A stretch of DNA of 61,108 nucleotides, counting the filler, from Piptocephalis cylindrospora (taxonomy: Eukaryota), in the NCBI GenBank assembly GCA_003614145.1. It is 2 parts of 2 records of this genome, joined end to end, with 100 filler letters (N's around TTAATTAATTAA, not from the genome) between each part and the next. Parts side by side here need not be neighbours in the genome. Positions count along the whole stretch, not along the records: positions 30,728 to 61,108 come from KZ987755.1; 1 more part is not named here. The stretch is one strand, 5' to 3'. Made by a program: the position numbers and the translations under genes. Positions 37,010 to 50,256 of the stretch are shown in pieces; position 1 is the stretch's first letter; every line of letters starts with the position of its first letter. A model generated the notes under the pieces. The model saw only the letters and a list, made by a program, of their open reading frames with translations, was not told the DNA's origin and ran no database searches.

Positions 37010-38238
37010 GTGGAATATTCGAGGTAAAATCAGAGGTATGGTAGACTAGAACCTGGGAAGTAGAGATGGTTGATATACTCAAGATGACAATTGCTCTTTG
37101 ACACTCTCCCCTTATGACCCCTCCATACCTTTCTTATTTCGTGTCCTCGTGGCTCATGTCCTACCCCAACCAAGGCCAAAGTACAGTGCCTCTTTAAGCT
37201 ATCATCTACCTCACTTGAGCCTAAAATTTATCGTAACTCATAATGTAGACCCATGAGGGGATAACACACAGAACTATGATCCCTGTTTTTAAGCACCATA
37301 TCCTTAGACAGGGGGTAGGTCCAAATCATGGGGCTGCGAGCCATATAAATGTTAAACTTGGGGATTGACTAATGCATGGCCCGATATCCCGAACCTCACG
37401 ACCACGACCACGACGCTGATCACATTGCTGTTCCGATAGATATGGTCATACAGGCACTCCTAGATAAGTTCGAGTGTACGCAAAAAAGTGTTTATCCTTC
37501 GAGATAAAGGTCTTTTAATGAAATGGGGAGCAGAATATTCATATAGCAATTAATCGATCCATGACGATCCTCACCCGACCACCCTGCATCCTTTTCTCCG
37601 CGCACGCGATCCGCATGGCATGAAGGATCGTAGCAGTAAACAACGAAATGTATTGAGGAAGATCACAATCCTCACCTTCACAGGTTCATTTCAAAAAGGC
37701 TCGGGACCTTTCCTCACAACATCGCCGCTTCCTCCATGGAATTTCTCCTTTAATTTCCTCCATTTCTCCATCGTTCCCCTTTCAATGGCCGTCCTCCTTT
37801 GGGCTCTCATCAGCATCCGAAGCAACATTCGTAATTCGTACTTTAAATCAGGCCTGAGCGTTGTCTCGGATGAACTTGACACGATCCGTAGAACATTTCG
37901 ATAAATACATCAAAATGTGCATTTAGTATCCAGGAGACTAGATGCGATTCCTAATGATCCCGGAAGATTATACAGCGAGAGGATCACATCCTCCCTTCCA
38001 TCTTCTCTGTCCCTCCATCAAATGATGGTACACAGGGCCAACGAATTACTGTATATCCAGACGTTCCTTGAGTATCTCAGGAAAGCTCGCTTTCTTTTTT
38101 TCCACACAATGACTCATTGGACTTAGCCCTGCCCCATCCGAGTGGATACCGTGAGGTGGAAAAACGCGCACATCAGCCCGTGCATACCCGATCCTTCCTT
38201 TTTCTGATCTCTGCTTCCTCCTAACCTTCAGTCCTACC

Positions 38239-39099
38239 ATGTCTTCCTCTCGTCTTCTTCGTCTCACCCAGCTTGGCCGTCGCGCCGTCCCCTCCATCCT
38301 CGGTAGGGTCGCTCACCCTAGCGTGGCACGTCCCCTGATCTCGGCTGTCTCCCGCACTAGCCCCTTCTCCACCTCTGTTCCAGCCCGGGGACACGGTCTC
38401 GTCGACAGTGAGCTGACCCAGAAGCTCGGAGAGGAGCTTACCTACGAGCAGGAACAGTCCGAGGAAACCCCCGAGTTTCTCAAGGCCTTCCAAGAACAGG
38501 GACTCTGGGAGGTTGATGATGAGCCCGGTTCTGATGAGTTCAACCTTCGCCGCTCCTTTGGTAACGAAAAGATTACCATCCGGTGCTCCGTTTCGGACAT
38601 GGTCAATAACAGCAGCGCCGAAGAGGATCCCTTTTCTGAGGACTCTGATTCCCAGGCCGCTGAATCCGGTGACTTGGCTGCCGTCAAGCGCGAGTACCAA
38701 TCGCTCAAGAACGACGCCAAGGAGGCCGCCGGTGAGGAAGGCCTAGCCGATTTCCCTGTTGATGCCCTCATCACTGTGGAGAAGCCTGGTAAGGGCGTCC
38801 TCGTTGTCGAGGCCACCTTTGAGGTCGGTGAGGTTGGTGTCAGTGCTGTCCGGTACATTAACGATGCCACCACCGCCCTTGCCAACACTGCTGAGGGCGA
38901 CTGGAAGCGTCGCTACCTCTATGCTGGCCCTCAGTACGGTCAGCTCGATGAGAATGTCCAGCTTCAGTTTGACCAATGGCTTGCTGAGCGTGGTATCGAC
39001 ACAGGTATCGCCGTTTTCCTCCCCAACTACATGGAGTACAAGGAGCAGAAGGAGTATGTCCGGTGGCTCGCCCAGGTCAAGGGCTTTGTCCAGGCTTAA
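38239..39099 (+). CDS. MAM33: Mitochondrial acidic matrix protein Mam33/p32
   Basis: Arg/Ser-rich presequence; LRRSFGNEKI; YAGPQYGQLDENVQ...LAERGID...YMEYKEQKEYVRWL. Confidence 0.95.
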   Translation: MSSSRLLRLTQLGRRAVPSILGRVAHPSVARPLISAVSRTSPFSTSVPARGHGLVDSELTQKLGEELTYEQEQSEETPEFLKAFQEQGLWEVDDEPGSDEFNLRRSFGNEKITIRCSVSDMVNNSSAEEDPFSEDSDSQAAESGDLAAVKREYQSLKNDAKEAAGEEGLADFPVDALITVEKPGKGVLVVEATFEVGEVGVSAVRYINDATTALANTAEGDWKRRYLYAGPQYGQLDENVQLQFDQWLAERGIDTGIAVFLPNYMEYKEQKEYVRWLAQVKGFVQA

Positions 39100-39333
39100 T
39101 CCTCTCCATGGTATGGTCTTCTTTGAGGTGTATGGGGAAATAGGACGAGGAATAAATGGATGACAAGCGTGTGTTGATTATTTCATGTGGTCTTTTCGGG
39201 GAAAACAAAACATCAGAGAAAATAGGGACATGACATCAAGGGAAGGGACTATAATGCTTTTTCTTCGAGCATTCTCTCTCTCTTCACGCAACCCGTCTTT
39301 CCATCCAAAATCCTGCGTTTCTTGCCTGCACAT

Positions 39334-41223
39334 CTACAATTTGGCTTCGACAAGCTCACCATGGTTGTCCACCTGGTTGTACTTTTCCCAATCAAGGGCA
39401 ATGGGAGCATAGAGGATGGCCTCGGGGATGGCAAAGGCATCAACGAGACCGATGGCCTGGGGAGCCAAATGCCTCACAGAATTTCCAAGGATAGTCTCCA
39501 CCTTGGCAGCATCCTGGGGGGCGATCCAGCCTCGGGAGGTGAACCATCCAAGGTCACGCTCGATAATATCTAGGGCATATAGCCGGGTCAGGGCCTCCAG
39601 GATCTTGCGAAGGCCAGGCGACGTAGTCTCCCGCGCCCGCTTCACCATCTCATCCATGCACAGGGCCTCCCCGTAGGATCGGGCCATCCGTTGGATCAAC
39701 TCGCTCTCCTGGTACATCCAGACCTCGAAGATCCCGCTCTTCTGGGAGATCTGGGCCATCTTCCCGGCAAGTTCCTTGGCACTACCCACATACTGAGCTT
39801 GAAGAAGGTTATGGAGAGTGGGGAGACTGGTCAAGTCCACGCTCTTTCCCGATCCAGCTTGGCCCTTAACCTCGGGCAGCTGCACATCTCCGGCAGAAAT
39901 GGCTGCCAGAAGCTCCTTGGACACTTTCTGCATCAGCACAGAGTTGTCCCCTTCGGCAGTCATGCCGGCATGAGCAAATCCAATAACTCCGGAGAGCCGA
40001 GAGGCCCTTAGATACCCCTGACCCCCGCACCGCTCCCGGCAAATACTGCCAACGCGCTCTACATGCCACGTCACCAATGGCTTGATCACACAGCACTCAC
40101 GGACGACTGTGGCTTGATCCGAGGCCGGGTTGGCCCACAGAGCCTTGACACGGTTCATGCCAAAGGCTACAGCGTATGTCCGGGCCAGGAGAGGAAGAAG
40201 GGCTCGTTGCTGCAGCTGGTAGGCCAGGATCGGGGTATCAGATTGACCCTTGGGTCCCACGGCCAAGCGAGTGGCGGCATACCGGATAGCGACAGTCAAG
40301 GCAAGTTTTCCGGCGCTCAGGGTCATAGCGGCGATACACAGACGGCCCGAGAGAAGTTGATCGGCCACGCGAATGAAACGTTGACGACGACCGGTGATCC
40401 GGGAGCTGAATTCCCCAGACGCTGAGACATCCGAGTGGCGGTTTAGGAGGTTCTCCCGGGGGATTCGCACGTTCTTGAAGGCAAGAAGGGCGTTATCCAC
40501 GCCGTCCAACTCCTGCTTCCTACCCATATCCCGGATGATGACCCCGGGAAGAGGCTTAAGCCCCTCATCTCGGATGGGGACGAGGAAGGCATGGACCCCC
40601 TCTTGCTTCCCTTGGACTGAGAGCTGAGCAAAGACGATGCAGTAGCGGGCATGAACAGCTCCATTGGTGATCCAATACTTTTGGCTCTGAGTGGTGGGGG
40701 AATGGATAATGAACTCGGAGGCCTTGGGATCATAAGTAGCGGTGGTTTCCATCTCAATGGCATTATTGCCGTAGCCCAGTTCAGTGAGACCAAAGCAGCC
40801 AGTGGCATCCAGACGATTCAATGCAGGCAGGAGGTGCCTGTGTCGCTCAGTACCCAGCTTGAGTAGTGTTCCGCCAAAGAGATTGTAGTGGACAGTCATC
40901 TTGGTGGCGCTTCCACCATCGGCAAGGCCGATGCACTCATGGGCAGCAAAGATGTTCAAAGGGTTGGTCTCAAAGTCCAGGATGGAGATGAAGCCCTCTC
41001 GAGCAACCGATTGGAGTCTCTTAAAGGCCCGGTCCCGTTCCTCGTGAAGAGGAATGTCGAACCGGGGGACAAACAAGTCCCGGTGCTCCGCCATGTATTC
41101 TTTGAACCGACGGCGGGTCTCACGGTTATCCGGGTCTAGGAGCTCATTTAGCTCCGCTGGGGAAAACTCCGCCTTAGCTGCCGAGTTGGACTGACGAACG
41201 TTGGCAAAGGCCACTTGAGTCAT
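39334..41223 (-). CDS. Peroxisomal acyl-CoA oxidase
   Basis: [37 protein letters not shown] and TAEGDNSVL motifs; C-terminal PTS1 -AKL. Confidence 0.95.
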   Translation of the reverse strand: MTQVAFANVRQSNSAAKAEFSPAELNELLDPDNRETRRRFKEYMAEHRDLFVPRFDIPLHEERDRAFKRLQSVAREGFISILDFETNPLNIFAAHECIGLADGGSATKMTVHYNLFGGTLLKLGTERHRHLLPALNRLDATGCFGLTELGYGNNAIEMETTATYDPKASEFIIHSPTTQSQKYWITNGAVHARYCIVFAQLSVQGKQEGVHAFLVPIRDEGLKPLPGVIIRDMGRKQELDGVDNALLAFKNVRIPRENLLNRHSDVSASGEFSSRITGRRQRFIRVADQLLSGRLCIAAMTLSAGKLALTVAIRYAATRLAVGPKGQSDTPILAYQLQQRALLPLLARTYAVAFGMNRVKALWANPASDQATVVRECCVIKPLVTWHVERVGSICRERCGGQGYLRASRLSGVIGFAHAGMTAEGDNSVLMQKVSKELLAAISAGDVQLPEVKGQAGSGKSVDLTSLPTLHNLLQAQYVGSAKELAGKMAQISQKSGIFEVWMYQESELIQRMARSYGEALCMDEMVKRARETTSPGLRKILEALTRLYALDIIERDLGWFTSRGWIAPQDAAKVETILGNSVRHLAPQAIGLVDAFAIPEAILYAPIALDWEKYNQVDNHGELVEAKL

Positions 41224-41870
41224 GTTGGGTTGGAGGAGGGGGAGGGGTTTAAAGGAAGTAGGATGAAAAGTGTGGTAAGGAAGAGAGAGATGGGATGAGG
41301 TGAAGAAACAGCGAGATAGCAGGCTGGATCCAGGTCTGGAATTTATAGTGAGGTGGCGGAGAACATGTGATGAGACTATGGTGATACGTCAGCTTCAGTC
41401 AGGAGTGGACTTCGGCTAGGCCGGGTAACAGGGTGGGAAAGTCCGTCATTCCCTGACTAGTAGAGGCTGGTCATGGAGTGTGTGAAATCGGCAATCTGCA
41501 GTACCGAAGGTAGAACACAATGTGGAGCGAGGTAAAACCTAACTAGTCCATAGTGTGGGGGAAACACGTGAAGATCCCTTAATGCTACTGCCCATGGCTC
41601 CTGATGTTGAAGCCTGGATAGGCGCCCTTTATGCTGTTTAGACAACCAAAGAGCATTGATGATTACATGATAGTCCCTTTTTTACCCTTGATATGCATTA
41701 TTACACACTACATGTCCACGAGGCAAAAGGCCAACCATCGGTCGATCATCCATAAAAGCTCACGCATTCAATCCCCAATGATGTCGCTCGCTCGTACCTA
41801 GCATAAGATTTCATAAAAGATTCAGATGATATCATACAGAAAATGACTCTTGGTCTATTGCTAGTCTATC

Positions 41871-42319
41871 TCAATCTTCAAGGTCCTTCTGATAGGCCTC
41901 AGCTAGTTTGACAAGAGCTTTGTCTGCCCCCCTACTCCGGACTCGGTAAAGGAACTCTAGTACTGCTCCTACATCCTCATAGATCCCCTCGCCCTTAAAC
42001 CACACACCCCCCAAGGGACACTTGAGCCTCTAGATTCTTGAGTATCTCACCGCACCATCATTTGTACTAGAAATAAATGGCCACAGTTTCTCAGCCGCCA
42101 GGAGGCTCACAGGATTAAGAAGTCCTGAAGCATCCTAATGACCCACTCCATACTCTTGTTGTATTCGTATCCCCAGAGACGGAGATATGCTTAGACAACC
42201 CAACGCACATTTTTTCTCTCTTCAAGTCCCTCATACAGCTCCACGGTCTATATCCAATCTTGCTCGACTCCCAAGTTTTCTTCGCACAGGCGCCTTTCCA
42301 GGAATGCGGCTTGTCCATA
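41871..42319 (-). pseudogene. Decayed Sel1-like repeat gene
   Basis: Translates to ...EENLGVEQDWI*TVELYE...*AYLRLWGYEY... and, after a frame change, LGGVWFKGEGIYEDVGAVLEFLYRVRSRGADKALVKLAEAYQK, which fits the Sel1 consensus. Confidence 0.5.
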
Positions 42320-42721
42320 GTGGGTTTTCCAGGAGACCCTTGCCCTAAGTAATACCAGAGCACCGTTTCCATCCCTGTCAGCAGTGCAACTATGGAGGAA
42401 GCCTAAGGGTTTCGCTCCTGATACCACGCGTCTTTCTGTCGGAACGGTGAGTAGGCGTTTACGCCTCTTTGTTTGGTTGTATAAAAATTTATTGTCTTAT
42501 GGGAAACACACACCCAAGGGACATTTCAGAAAAGTGCGGAAATTTAGAGATGCCTCCACCAAAATGGTGAAATAGACGGCTTTACTTTACACCCACACAA
42601 TTTGGATATCCTTGAAATGGGCTACCCCTATTGGTTCTCCATACCTTTGAAACTTTAAACCTTCTAATAACGATTCTTCATTCAGGACACAAATAACATC
42701 TAGTTATGTGTACATGAGGCA

Positions 42722-43028
42722 TGAGTCACCCTTTCGCTTGGTAGCATGACTCAAGATGACAGGGTTGGGGTGAATGGAATGCGTGTGTGAATGCAGATAG
42801 GGACGAATCATAGTCTATCCCAAACGCAGATATGTGGGGGTGAGATGGCGGAGCTGGCGCGCTTGTTGTCCCACTCACCACCAGGATTGTACGATCATCA
42901 GAGGAGTGACAAGAGCCTTTCGAGGGATACTAAGCATCATCAAAGATGTCACATCTAGACACAATGACTCACAATGTACAGTCGAGAAGAACCAGTAAAT
43001 GAAAATGAATCATTCATCCTTATAAAAG
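42722..43028 (+). promoter_or_regulatory. Three TGA(C/G)TCA (Gcn4/AP-1-type) sites plus TATA box upstream of the BCS1-like gene
   Basis: TGAGTCA 42722-42728, TGACTCA 42747-42753, TGACTCA 42965-42971, TATAAAAG 43021-43028. Confidence 0.5.
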
Positions 43029-43248
43029 GTTCTTTTTGCTCGACCCTTCATCTTTCCACCTACGCCTCTGATTCATCCTGGTCACCTAGGTTGCCCTCAT
43101 TGCTCTATATAGTATCTCTCTTCTTATCAGATTCAGACCCAGCCTCAGATCCAAAGCACAAATCCACATTCAACCCCAGGCGGAACCCCAAGCCCTAAAC
43201 CTCAAATTCCATCCCTACCCCTCTAAATCTTCACCAAGCCACTTCCCT

Positions 43249-44958
43249 ATGAACATGAAGTTCGATATTCGTGAAAAGGCCATGGAGCAGCTTAATCCAC
43301 TCTTCAACCTTTTTACCACCAACCAAGTTCAGATGATCATGATGTCCTGGCTCCCGAGTTTAATGGACAATAAGGTCCTGTCAGGGATCCCCATGGTGGA
43401 TATGTTCATATTCTCCATCCTCTCCACCCTCGTCGTCTCCTTTATGGATATTATTAAGGTGCTCGGGCAAGCTGCTTGGGACTATGAAGAGGATCATGAA
43501 GAGGTCACCAGCTTCCGTGTAGATCCCACTCGACGTGATCAGTGCAAGCAGCTAGTCACCAACCCTTATTATGCGGCCCTCTCATGGCTCATCACCCAAG
43601 GGGCACGGGATCTTGACGATGGCCAGTTCATTATCCAAGTGGCCGAGGGTCACGAGGAGGAAGGAAAGCTCCTGGATTTCGACATTCTTCCCGAGGAGAA
43701 TCATGAGTTTACCATTACCTATCAACACGAGAGATATCGGGTTTCCACAAAGGGACGTAGCGCCAATGGAAATAACAGCTTCAAGAGGCTTAACCAGGAC
43801 GAAGAAGGTGAACCTGAGACTGAAGAAAGCAAGCAATCATCCATCTACGTGACTCCCCTGGGCCCAGTGACAGAGGAGGCCAAAACCTCTGAGAAAAAGG
43901 GCTTCTTCAGCCCAACCAAGACCCTCTCGCCCGTAAGTAGGGATGTCAAGTGGTTCGAGTCTCTACTGCGCAAGATATGCAATGAGCACAAGAAGAATCT
44001 GAGCCGCGAGAAGAGTCGAAAGAGATGGCAGCTCGGACATGCTTGCCAGTGGAACACCTCGATAAACCTCCAAAAAAATAACGGGATTTCCTCTATTGCT
44101 CTCGATAAAAAGCAGGAGGTCATGCTGATCAAGGACATCACTACCTTCCTTAAGGACCAAAAGTTCTACGAGCACCTGGGCCTTCCTTACCGTCGAGGGT
44201 ATCTTTTCCATGGAAGGCCAGGCACAGGAAAGACTTCGTTGATCAACGCCATTGCCGGGGAACTGGGCCGTAACTTATACTTTGTCAACCTTCGTGATGT
44301 GGTCAATGATACCCAGCTCCAGAACGCATTCTCCATGGTTCCTCAGGGTCAGATCATTGTCATGGAGGATATCGATGCGATGACCAAGGTAGTCCACCGT
44401 CGCCTTTCTCCCAATGGTGACCACGCGCCCCCAGAGGACCAGGAGCTCGTAATGACCACTCCATCACCTCACATGCTTGGAAAACCCCAAGGGCTGGTAC
44501 AGAGAAAGACCATGACTTTATCTGCCCTCCTTGGTTGCCTGGATGGCTATATCATGCAACCAGGAAACATTGTAATCATGACGACCAATCACCCCGAAGT
44601 CCTGGACCCAGCACTCATTCGGCCTGGGAGAATCGACCTGACCCTCGAGTTGGGTTGCGCGACAAGATACCAAATTCGACGAATGTACGATAACATTGTC
44701 TTGACCGAGCAGAATGAACCAGAGTCGGAGATCAAGCCAATTGATGAAGAATGGCTCGCGAACTTCCCTGAAGACCTGATTCCTCCATGTGAGGTTGCAC
44801 GCCAGATGCTCCTTCATCGTCGGAACCCCGAGGACATCTGGCCTGCGGTAGATGAGCTCGTGGAACAGTTCCAGGCCGGCGCGTTATCAATTGAGGAGCA
44901 GGAGGAAATGCTAAGGCAGGAGGAAGAGAAGAAGAGGCAGGCAGCAGCAAATAATTAG
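43249..44958 (+). CDS. BCS1-like AAA+ ATPase, intronless
   Basis: N-terminal hydrophobic segment; GLPYRRGYLFHGRPGTGKTS (Walker A), IVMEDID (Walker B), TLSALLGCLDG, TTNHPEVLDPALIRPGRID. Confidence 0.92.
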   Translation: MNMKFDIREKAMEQLNPLFNLFTTNQVQMIMMSWLPSLMDNKVLSGIPMVDMFIFSILSTLVVSFMDIIKVLGQAAWDYEEDHEEVTSFRVDPTRRDQCKQLVTNPYYAALSWLITQGARDLDDGQFIIQVAEGHEEEGKLLDFDILPEENHEFTITYQHERYRVSTKGRSANGNNSFKRLNQDEEGEPETEESKQSSIYVTPLGPVTEEAKTSEKKGFFSPTKTLSPVSRDVKWFESLLRKICNEHKKNLSREKSRKRWQLGHACQWNTSINLQKNNGISSIALDKKQEVMLIKDITTFLKDQKFYEHLGLPYRRGYLFHGRPGTGKTSLINAIAGELGRNLYFVNLRDVVNDTQLQNAFSMVPQGQIIVMEDIDAMTKVVHRRLSPNGDHAPPEDQELVMTTPSPHMLGKPQGLVQRKTMTLSALLGCLDGYIMQPGNIVIMTTNHPEVLDPALIRPGRIDLTLELGCATRYQIRRMYDNIVLTEQNEPESEIKPIDEEWLANFPEDLIPPCEVARQMLLHRRNPEDIWPAVDELVEQFQAGALSIEEQEEMLRQEEEKKRQAAANN

Positions 44959-45764
44959 TGAACGCTAAAAGTTGTATGTATGGGATCTAGGAAGCCGAGA
45001 TCTAGAATTATGTGCTTAATAGAAAATACGCGTAATGAGTCCTTAAGGATTGACATATGATATAGGGAAATGTAAGGTATACTTGGTATTGGAGGAACAG
45101 TCGACGTGGAAAACATCTGCGCTGATCATTAGAGAAAAAGCATTAAGGATTGCTTTAGAAAATTTGTCCTTTGAGGAAATATATACTACTTAGACCATAA
45201 AAGTATGACCTTTTTAGAGCCGGATGATCAAAGGAACCAGAAGAAGGGAGTTTAGAGAAGGTAGAAATGACTTTCATTTCGCATACTTGTATTCATGTAA
45301 CCCTCAATACCATCACATACAAATTGGAGGTGATGCACTTCAGAGGAAGTATCTAGAATAAGGTCATCGGGGCGGACATCACGTTAGCTAGCTCTAATGA
45401 AATAGAGCTGGCAATCAGATGATCTTTTTCCCGTGTCCTTTGCTCCCTCCCTGATGATGATGTACTCCTTAGTCTCTTCCCTCATGCTCCTGATGCGTTC
45501 GTGTACGCCAAATCCACTCCATTATGGTGCCCTAGATACACCGTTCATGCTTAATTAGGCGATGCTTATTCAATATTATCATAGCGGTCGGGCCCTTGAG
45601 GAAAAGTGATCGAATGAACGAGGTGGAGGTTTTATATAACGGACACGTAAGCGCATGTGGATAGAAATATCTGGTCATCTTTTGCATTCAACCCACACTC
45701 ATCGGTACTCATGCTGCCGCTATACTCATCGAGAAGTCCATCATATGTCGGACCCCGCCTCGTC

Positions 45765-48700
45765 TTAATCTTTTCGGGTCATGGACCGAGTCGTCGCCCG
45801 CTTGCCACCTGCCTTGGCGGGAACGGAAGATGGGGTCAGGGGGGTTTCAGTGGAGACGTCCATCTCATCCTCCTCTTTGGTTTTCTCCATAGACTTTACT
45901 GGACTTCGAAGAGGGGACCTGGTTACCTCGGTCATTTCCACAGACTTTCTCCGGCCCTTTTTTGCTGATTTACCAGGAGTCTTGATCTCGTTCCTTTCCT
46001 TACCAAATTCCTCGGGCTCTCCTTTCGAAAGTATGTGTTCGTGAGATTGGCTGGACTTGTCCTCAGGAAGATCATCAGGGAGCTTCTTAGGGGTAGCCTT
46101 GTCTTTTTTGGTTGAAGAAGCGGGGTTCTTTTTCTTTTTAGGTGTCTCGGTGGCCTCATTGGATGATACTGGGACCCCATCCTTATCATTCTTCTTCTTG
46201 CTTCCTTTATCTTTGGAAGTAATGGCAGGTGCCTTTTTTTTTGGCTTCACCTTGGCCTTTTCCTCCTGGGAAGGATGGCTCGAGTCCGCCTGATCAATCA
46301 TGAGAGTATCTTTCCCTACGGTAGCGTCACTCTTAACCTTTTCTCCGGTCGATTTCTTCTGGGACTTTTTCGTCCCCCCACTCTTGGATAATTCCTTCTT
46401 CCCCTTGACCTTGGGAGACTTGGATGGTGAAGACGGTGGGGGCTTGGACCTCAAGTCCTCCACTACACTGTCCTTGGGGATGCTGGGAGGTCGGGTGAAA
46501 GGCGAATGCTGTCCTGAGCCTCCCGAGTGATCCTCCCCTGATCCAGATCTAACCGGGGTGGTGGGACTACCTGACCCTGTCTCCCGGGGCCCTGCCTTCT
46601 TCTCGGTGTCCGAAAACCAGGCCTTCTTAGCCTTGGTGCTTGTCTTCAGTGTTTCTGCTCTGGCTTCATCATCTGCCATGGCCTCATCCTGCGCCTCCTC
46701 TAGCACTGCTTCTCCCATCAACTCGCCCTCGGTCTCCTTATTGGCCTCCGGTTGCTCGGAGTTGTACTGAGCCATTCGTTCCACTAGATGTTCCCATTGC
46801 AAAGACCCTTCCCCTCCTTGGCTCTCTCGCATTCGACGAAGAGCCATAAGTGAGACAGTAGGGAGCATTTCCCGTAGGCCGGAAAGCATGGCCTCCTTCC
46901 TCCGTCTCCTCTTGTCTCTTCCAACAGAGGAAGAAGAGGAGGGTGGGGACTGTGCAGAAGTGGCAAGGCTATTAGGACCAGTGGGCTGACGCAAGTCTTC
47001 AAGAATAGCCTGAGTTCGTTGGATACGCTCATCCATCCACATGGCCTCGACGTACCTACCCCGGTGGATGCAGTACATGATGAGGAAATCCCCCGAGACC
47101 TCCGCTTCCTCTGGTGAAACCCCAGCACCTTCCACAGCTCTATGGCACTCCTCCATCATGGTAATCTCCTCCTCCTCGGTAAGGGGTAGGGTCATAAGGG
47201 TCCTTAATCGTTCGGGAACCCCTTCCCTTCCCTCCCACGTCCTTTTCCTGGTTGGGGATAGGGAGGATGACGTATCTCGAGGTTTGGGAACACCTCCAGG
47301 GACAACGCTCTTCCCTATAGGATAAAAGACAAGTTAGACACAGCCATGGCTCTAATAGGATACAATGCATGGATGAACCCACCGTGAAGACACCAGCGGA
47401 AAAAGGAACGCATGAGTTGGCCATCCGCCTCATCGATCTGACGGGCCATCAGATAGGCATCTTTGATCCAGCCGGCCCCAAGCAGGGCCTGGACCCTTCG
47501 ATTCACCCAATATGGGCCGGGGTTCAAGAGGGGCTGAGGGTTTTGATCAGAGGGAAGCTCCCCAGGACCGTAGCATTGACCAAAGCGCATGGCCAGAGAG
47601 GGAGAAAGAGCGTAGCATTGGGTCCAGATATGACCCACCCAGTCGATGGGGGAGGGGAGAAGATGGGTGAAACGGGTAACAGCCTCCTCCTCCCTTCCCT
47701 GGTCCATGAGCCAATAAGCATGGATGGCCTCACCGAAATCATGGGGGATCTCCTTGGCCCATTGAGCGGTCTCCCGCTCGATGGTGGGGCCCGGGGTAAA
47801 GCCATAGGCTTGGGCATCGAGCCAAAGGTAGTATAGGACGGCCATGGGCCGACCGTGATCCAGAGTGGAGGAGAGGATACGATGGACAAGACGATCCAGA
47901 CTCAAGACATCCTTTGGGGGGTACATGGTGACGGGGACCCCGAGGAGACCGAGGAGCTGATCAACGAGAAGAAGGCCCACTCGATCTCCTCCTTTAGAGG
48001 ATTGAGCAAAGGTAGGGGAGAGGAGGCGGCGTTGCTTGATACGCTCAGCATGAGACTGACCATCCTTTCCTCCCAGAGGATAGACCTTGGTTAGGGTGGT
48101 GAGCCATTGGGGTTCGCTTTCAGTATCGGGTGTGGCATTGGGGCCGGAGGATCCAGCAATGATCTGATCCGAGAAGCCGGACCAAAGGGCTAGAGACCCC
48201 GGAAAAAGGATGTGGCATTCACCGCTCTGGGGATCCCCTTGAATGGCCAGGAGAGGTCGACTTCTCCCCTCTTCATCCCATACCTGCTGGGAGCCTGGGA
48301 AGACATGATGGGCCAGGAGGTCCAAGGCACGATCATCTTCATCGGCTTCATCGTCTTCCTTGACGGCGGGGGAAAGAACCAGGATATGAACTTGGCTTGG
48401 AGCGGCGTTTTGGGTCAGAACAAGGAAAAGACGCTCTCTTGTATGGGGTTCTTTGAGTGAGGCTATGCCAAGTGACATAGCATAGACTTCGAGGGGGGCA
48501 TCCGAGAGATTAGAAAACTCCATAGTCGGCGCCGTCTCCTCTTCTACGTCTAGGCTAAGTTGGTCCTCCTCGAGGAAGTGTCCCAGAACCCGTAGAGTGC
48601 ATTGATGAAGCGGGGGGTGGAGGATAGGCTCGGTGGAGGAATCAATGGTCGAGACATCCTCGGGCATAGCCATCAGAATATCCTCTTGCCGTCTGATTGG

Positions 48701-49817
48701 ATCCATGGAAATGTGGATGAGGGAGGCCAAGGGCCTATCGAGAGAAAGGGGAGAGGGATGAATAAGTTCTAGATTGAAATATTCACTGACAAACCCTATC
48801 CTTCCTACCCTACCTTGTGACTCCGTCGACGGATTGGGCGGCACCCATGGCACAGACCCATCGGCTGTGAGAGGAGCCAGGAAGGGGCTTCAATTGAATG
48901 TGTGATACACTAGTCTGGGAGGAAGAGTAGGGAAGGTCATGGAGGGAGAAGAAGGGCTTTTCCTTTGAGGTCATCCCCCTGTCCGAATAGTTGGGGGAGG
49001 AAAAGAGATACATGAAGGCACGGCCGGAAGAAGTACCAATGACAATGACGGTGCTATCATCTAGGCCAAGAGCAATATCCACACAGGTTGCATCCTAATG
49101 GGAGACGGTCGTAACGATGGTTAGAGGGAGTGATAGGGGAAGAGAAAGGAAAATCAGGGTACTGACCTCGCCCTCCTGGAGTTGGCCCAGAACCACACTA
49201 TCAGGATGAATTGTGGGGAGGGAGGAGCGCTGATGGTCCATCAAAAAGGCAGCCGAGGGGATGCGTCGGTATAAAAGGGTACCATCCTCGGTGAGAGAAA
49301 TGAGGGAGTAATAAGGCTCTTGGATGGGTTTAAGAGGAGGATGATCCTCGTGGACGGGGGGAGAGAGGGTAGATCCAAGGGAAAGCTCGGGGATGGCCGG
49401 GTAGACGGGAGTCGAAAGCCAGACACGAGAGGCATGGTCAGTTTCATAAAGGTAGCGAATCCTACCAGTCTCTGGGAGGAAGAGGATGTGGATGAAAGAG
49501 GCTTCTCTTCGATGACACAAGCTGATCAGGAGGCCTTGTTCAGGCTCGATCAACTGGACAGCCTGAGCCGCGAAGATCTCGTGGCCCTGGAGGACAGGAT
49601 GGCTTTCAATGTCGAGCTGAGCCAGGAAGGGATGAGACCTGAGAGAAGGAAGAGGGAGGCTGGAGGAGGAAAGCGCGTGAACTTTGAGGGAAAGTGCGGT
49701 GAAACGGAAAGCCCATGCTGGTTGGGGGCCTGGGGCAAAACCCCCACCCAGGATAGGAGACTGGGACTCTGGAAGGTCTGAGAAGAGCTGGAGATGGAAT
49801 ACCTCTTGAGAGGACAT
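45765..49817 (-). CDS. ELYS/Ely5-like nuclear pore assembly protein (4 exons), Lys-rich C-tail
   Basis: LLVDQLL...YPPKD...L, VLYYLWLD, AYWLMD, LMTLPLTEEEE and FLIMYCIHRGRYVEA fit the ELYS helical domain. GT-AG introns near 49096-49167, 48738-48813 and 47315-47382 join four ORFs. Confidence 0.8.
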
Positions 49818-50256
49818 TCTGGATTTAGGGAGAGGGACAGTGGAGGAGAAAGGAAGGGGAGGGGGGAGATAAGTGTGGATGGGGAGAGGAAGGGAGGTAT
49901 TTGAAATGGATGCCAAAGGTACGATGAGGAGGAAGCGGAGTGAAAGGGCATGTTCAGATGAGAGTATTTTTGTTGACATTTTCAGGGCCATCTTTTAGGA
50001 ATGTTTCCAATCAAGGATGAATGTTTGCTTCATTTGACCAGGATGATCTTTGAAGATGGACCTGCCTATTCCACACGGGAAATAATATGTTTATTTTCAT
50101 CGAGATGTGGGCGCGCATCATCATCAAAGTTCATTTTAGAGGAAAATGGACGGTTGGTTGGTTGGTTTAAAAGCGGATCATTAGAAACGTAAACAGGGTG
50201 CTTTATCTTACCTCTCCTTAATCCCTCTCCTCCCACTCTCATCACCGTACAGTCAG

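Noticed and set aside
37691..37910. LYR-motif-like fragment (IYRNVLRIVS...) on the minus strand
   Set aside because: It is bounded by stops and I could not build a consistent spliced model. The resemblance is too short to support a call.
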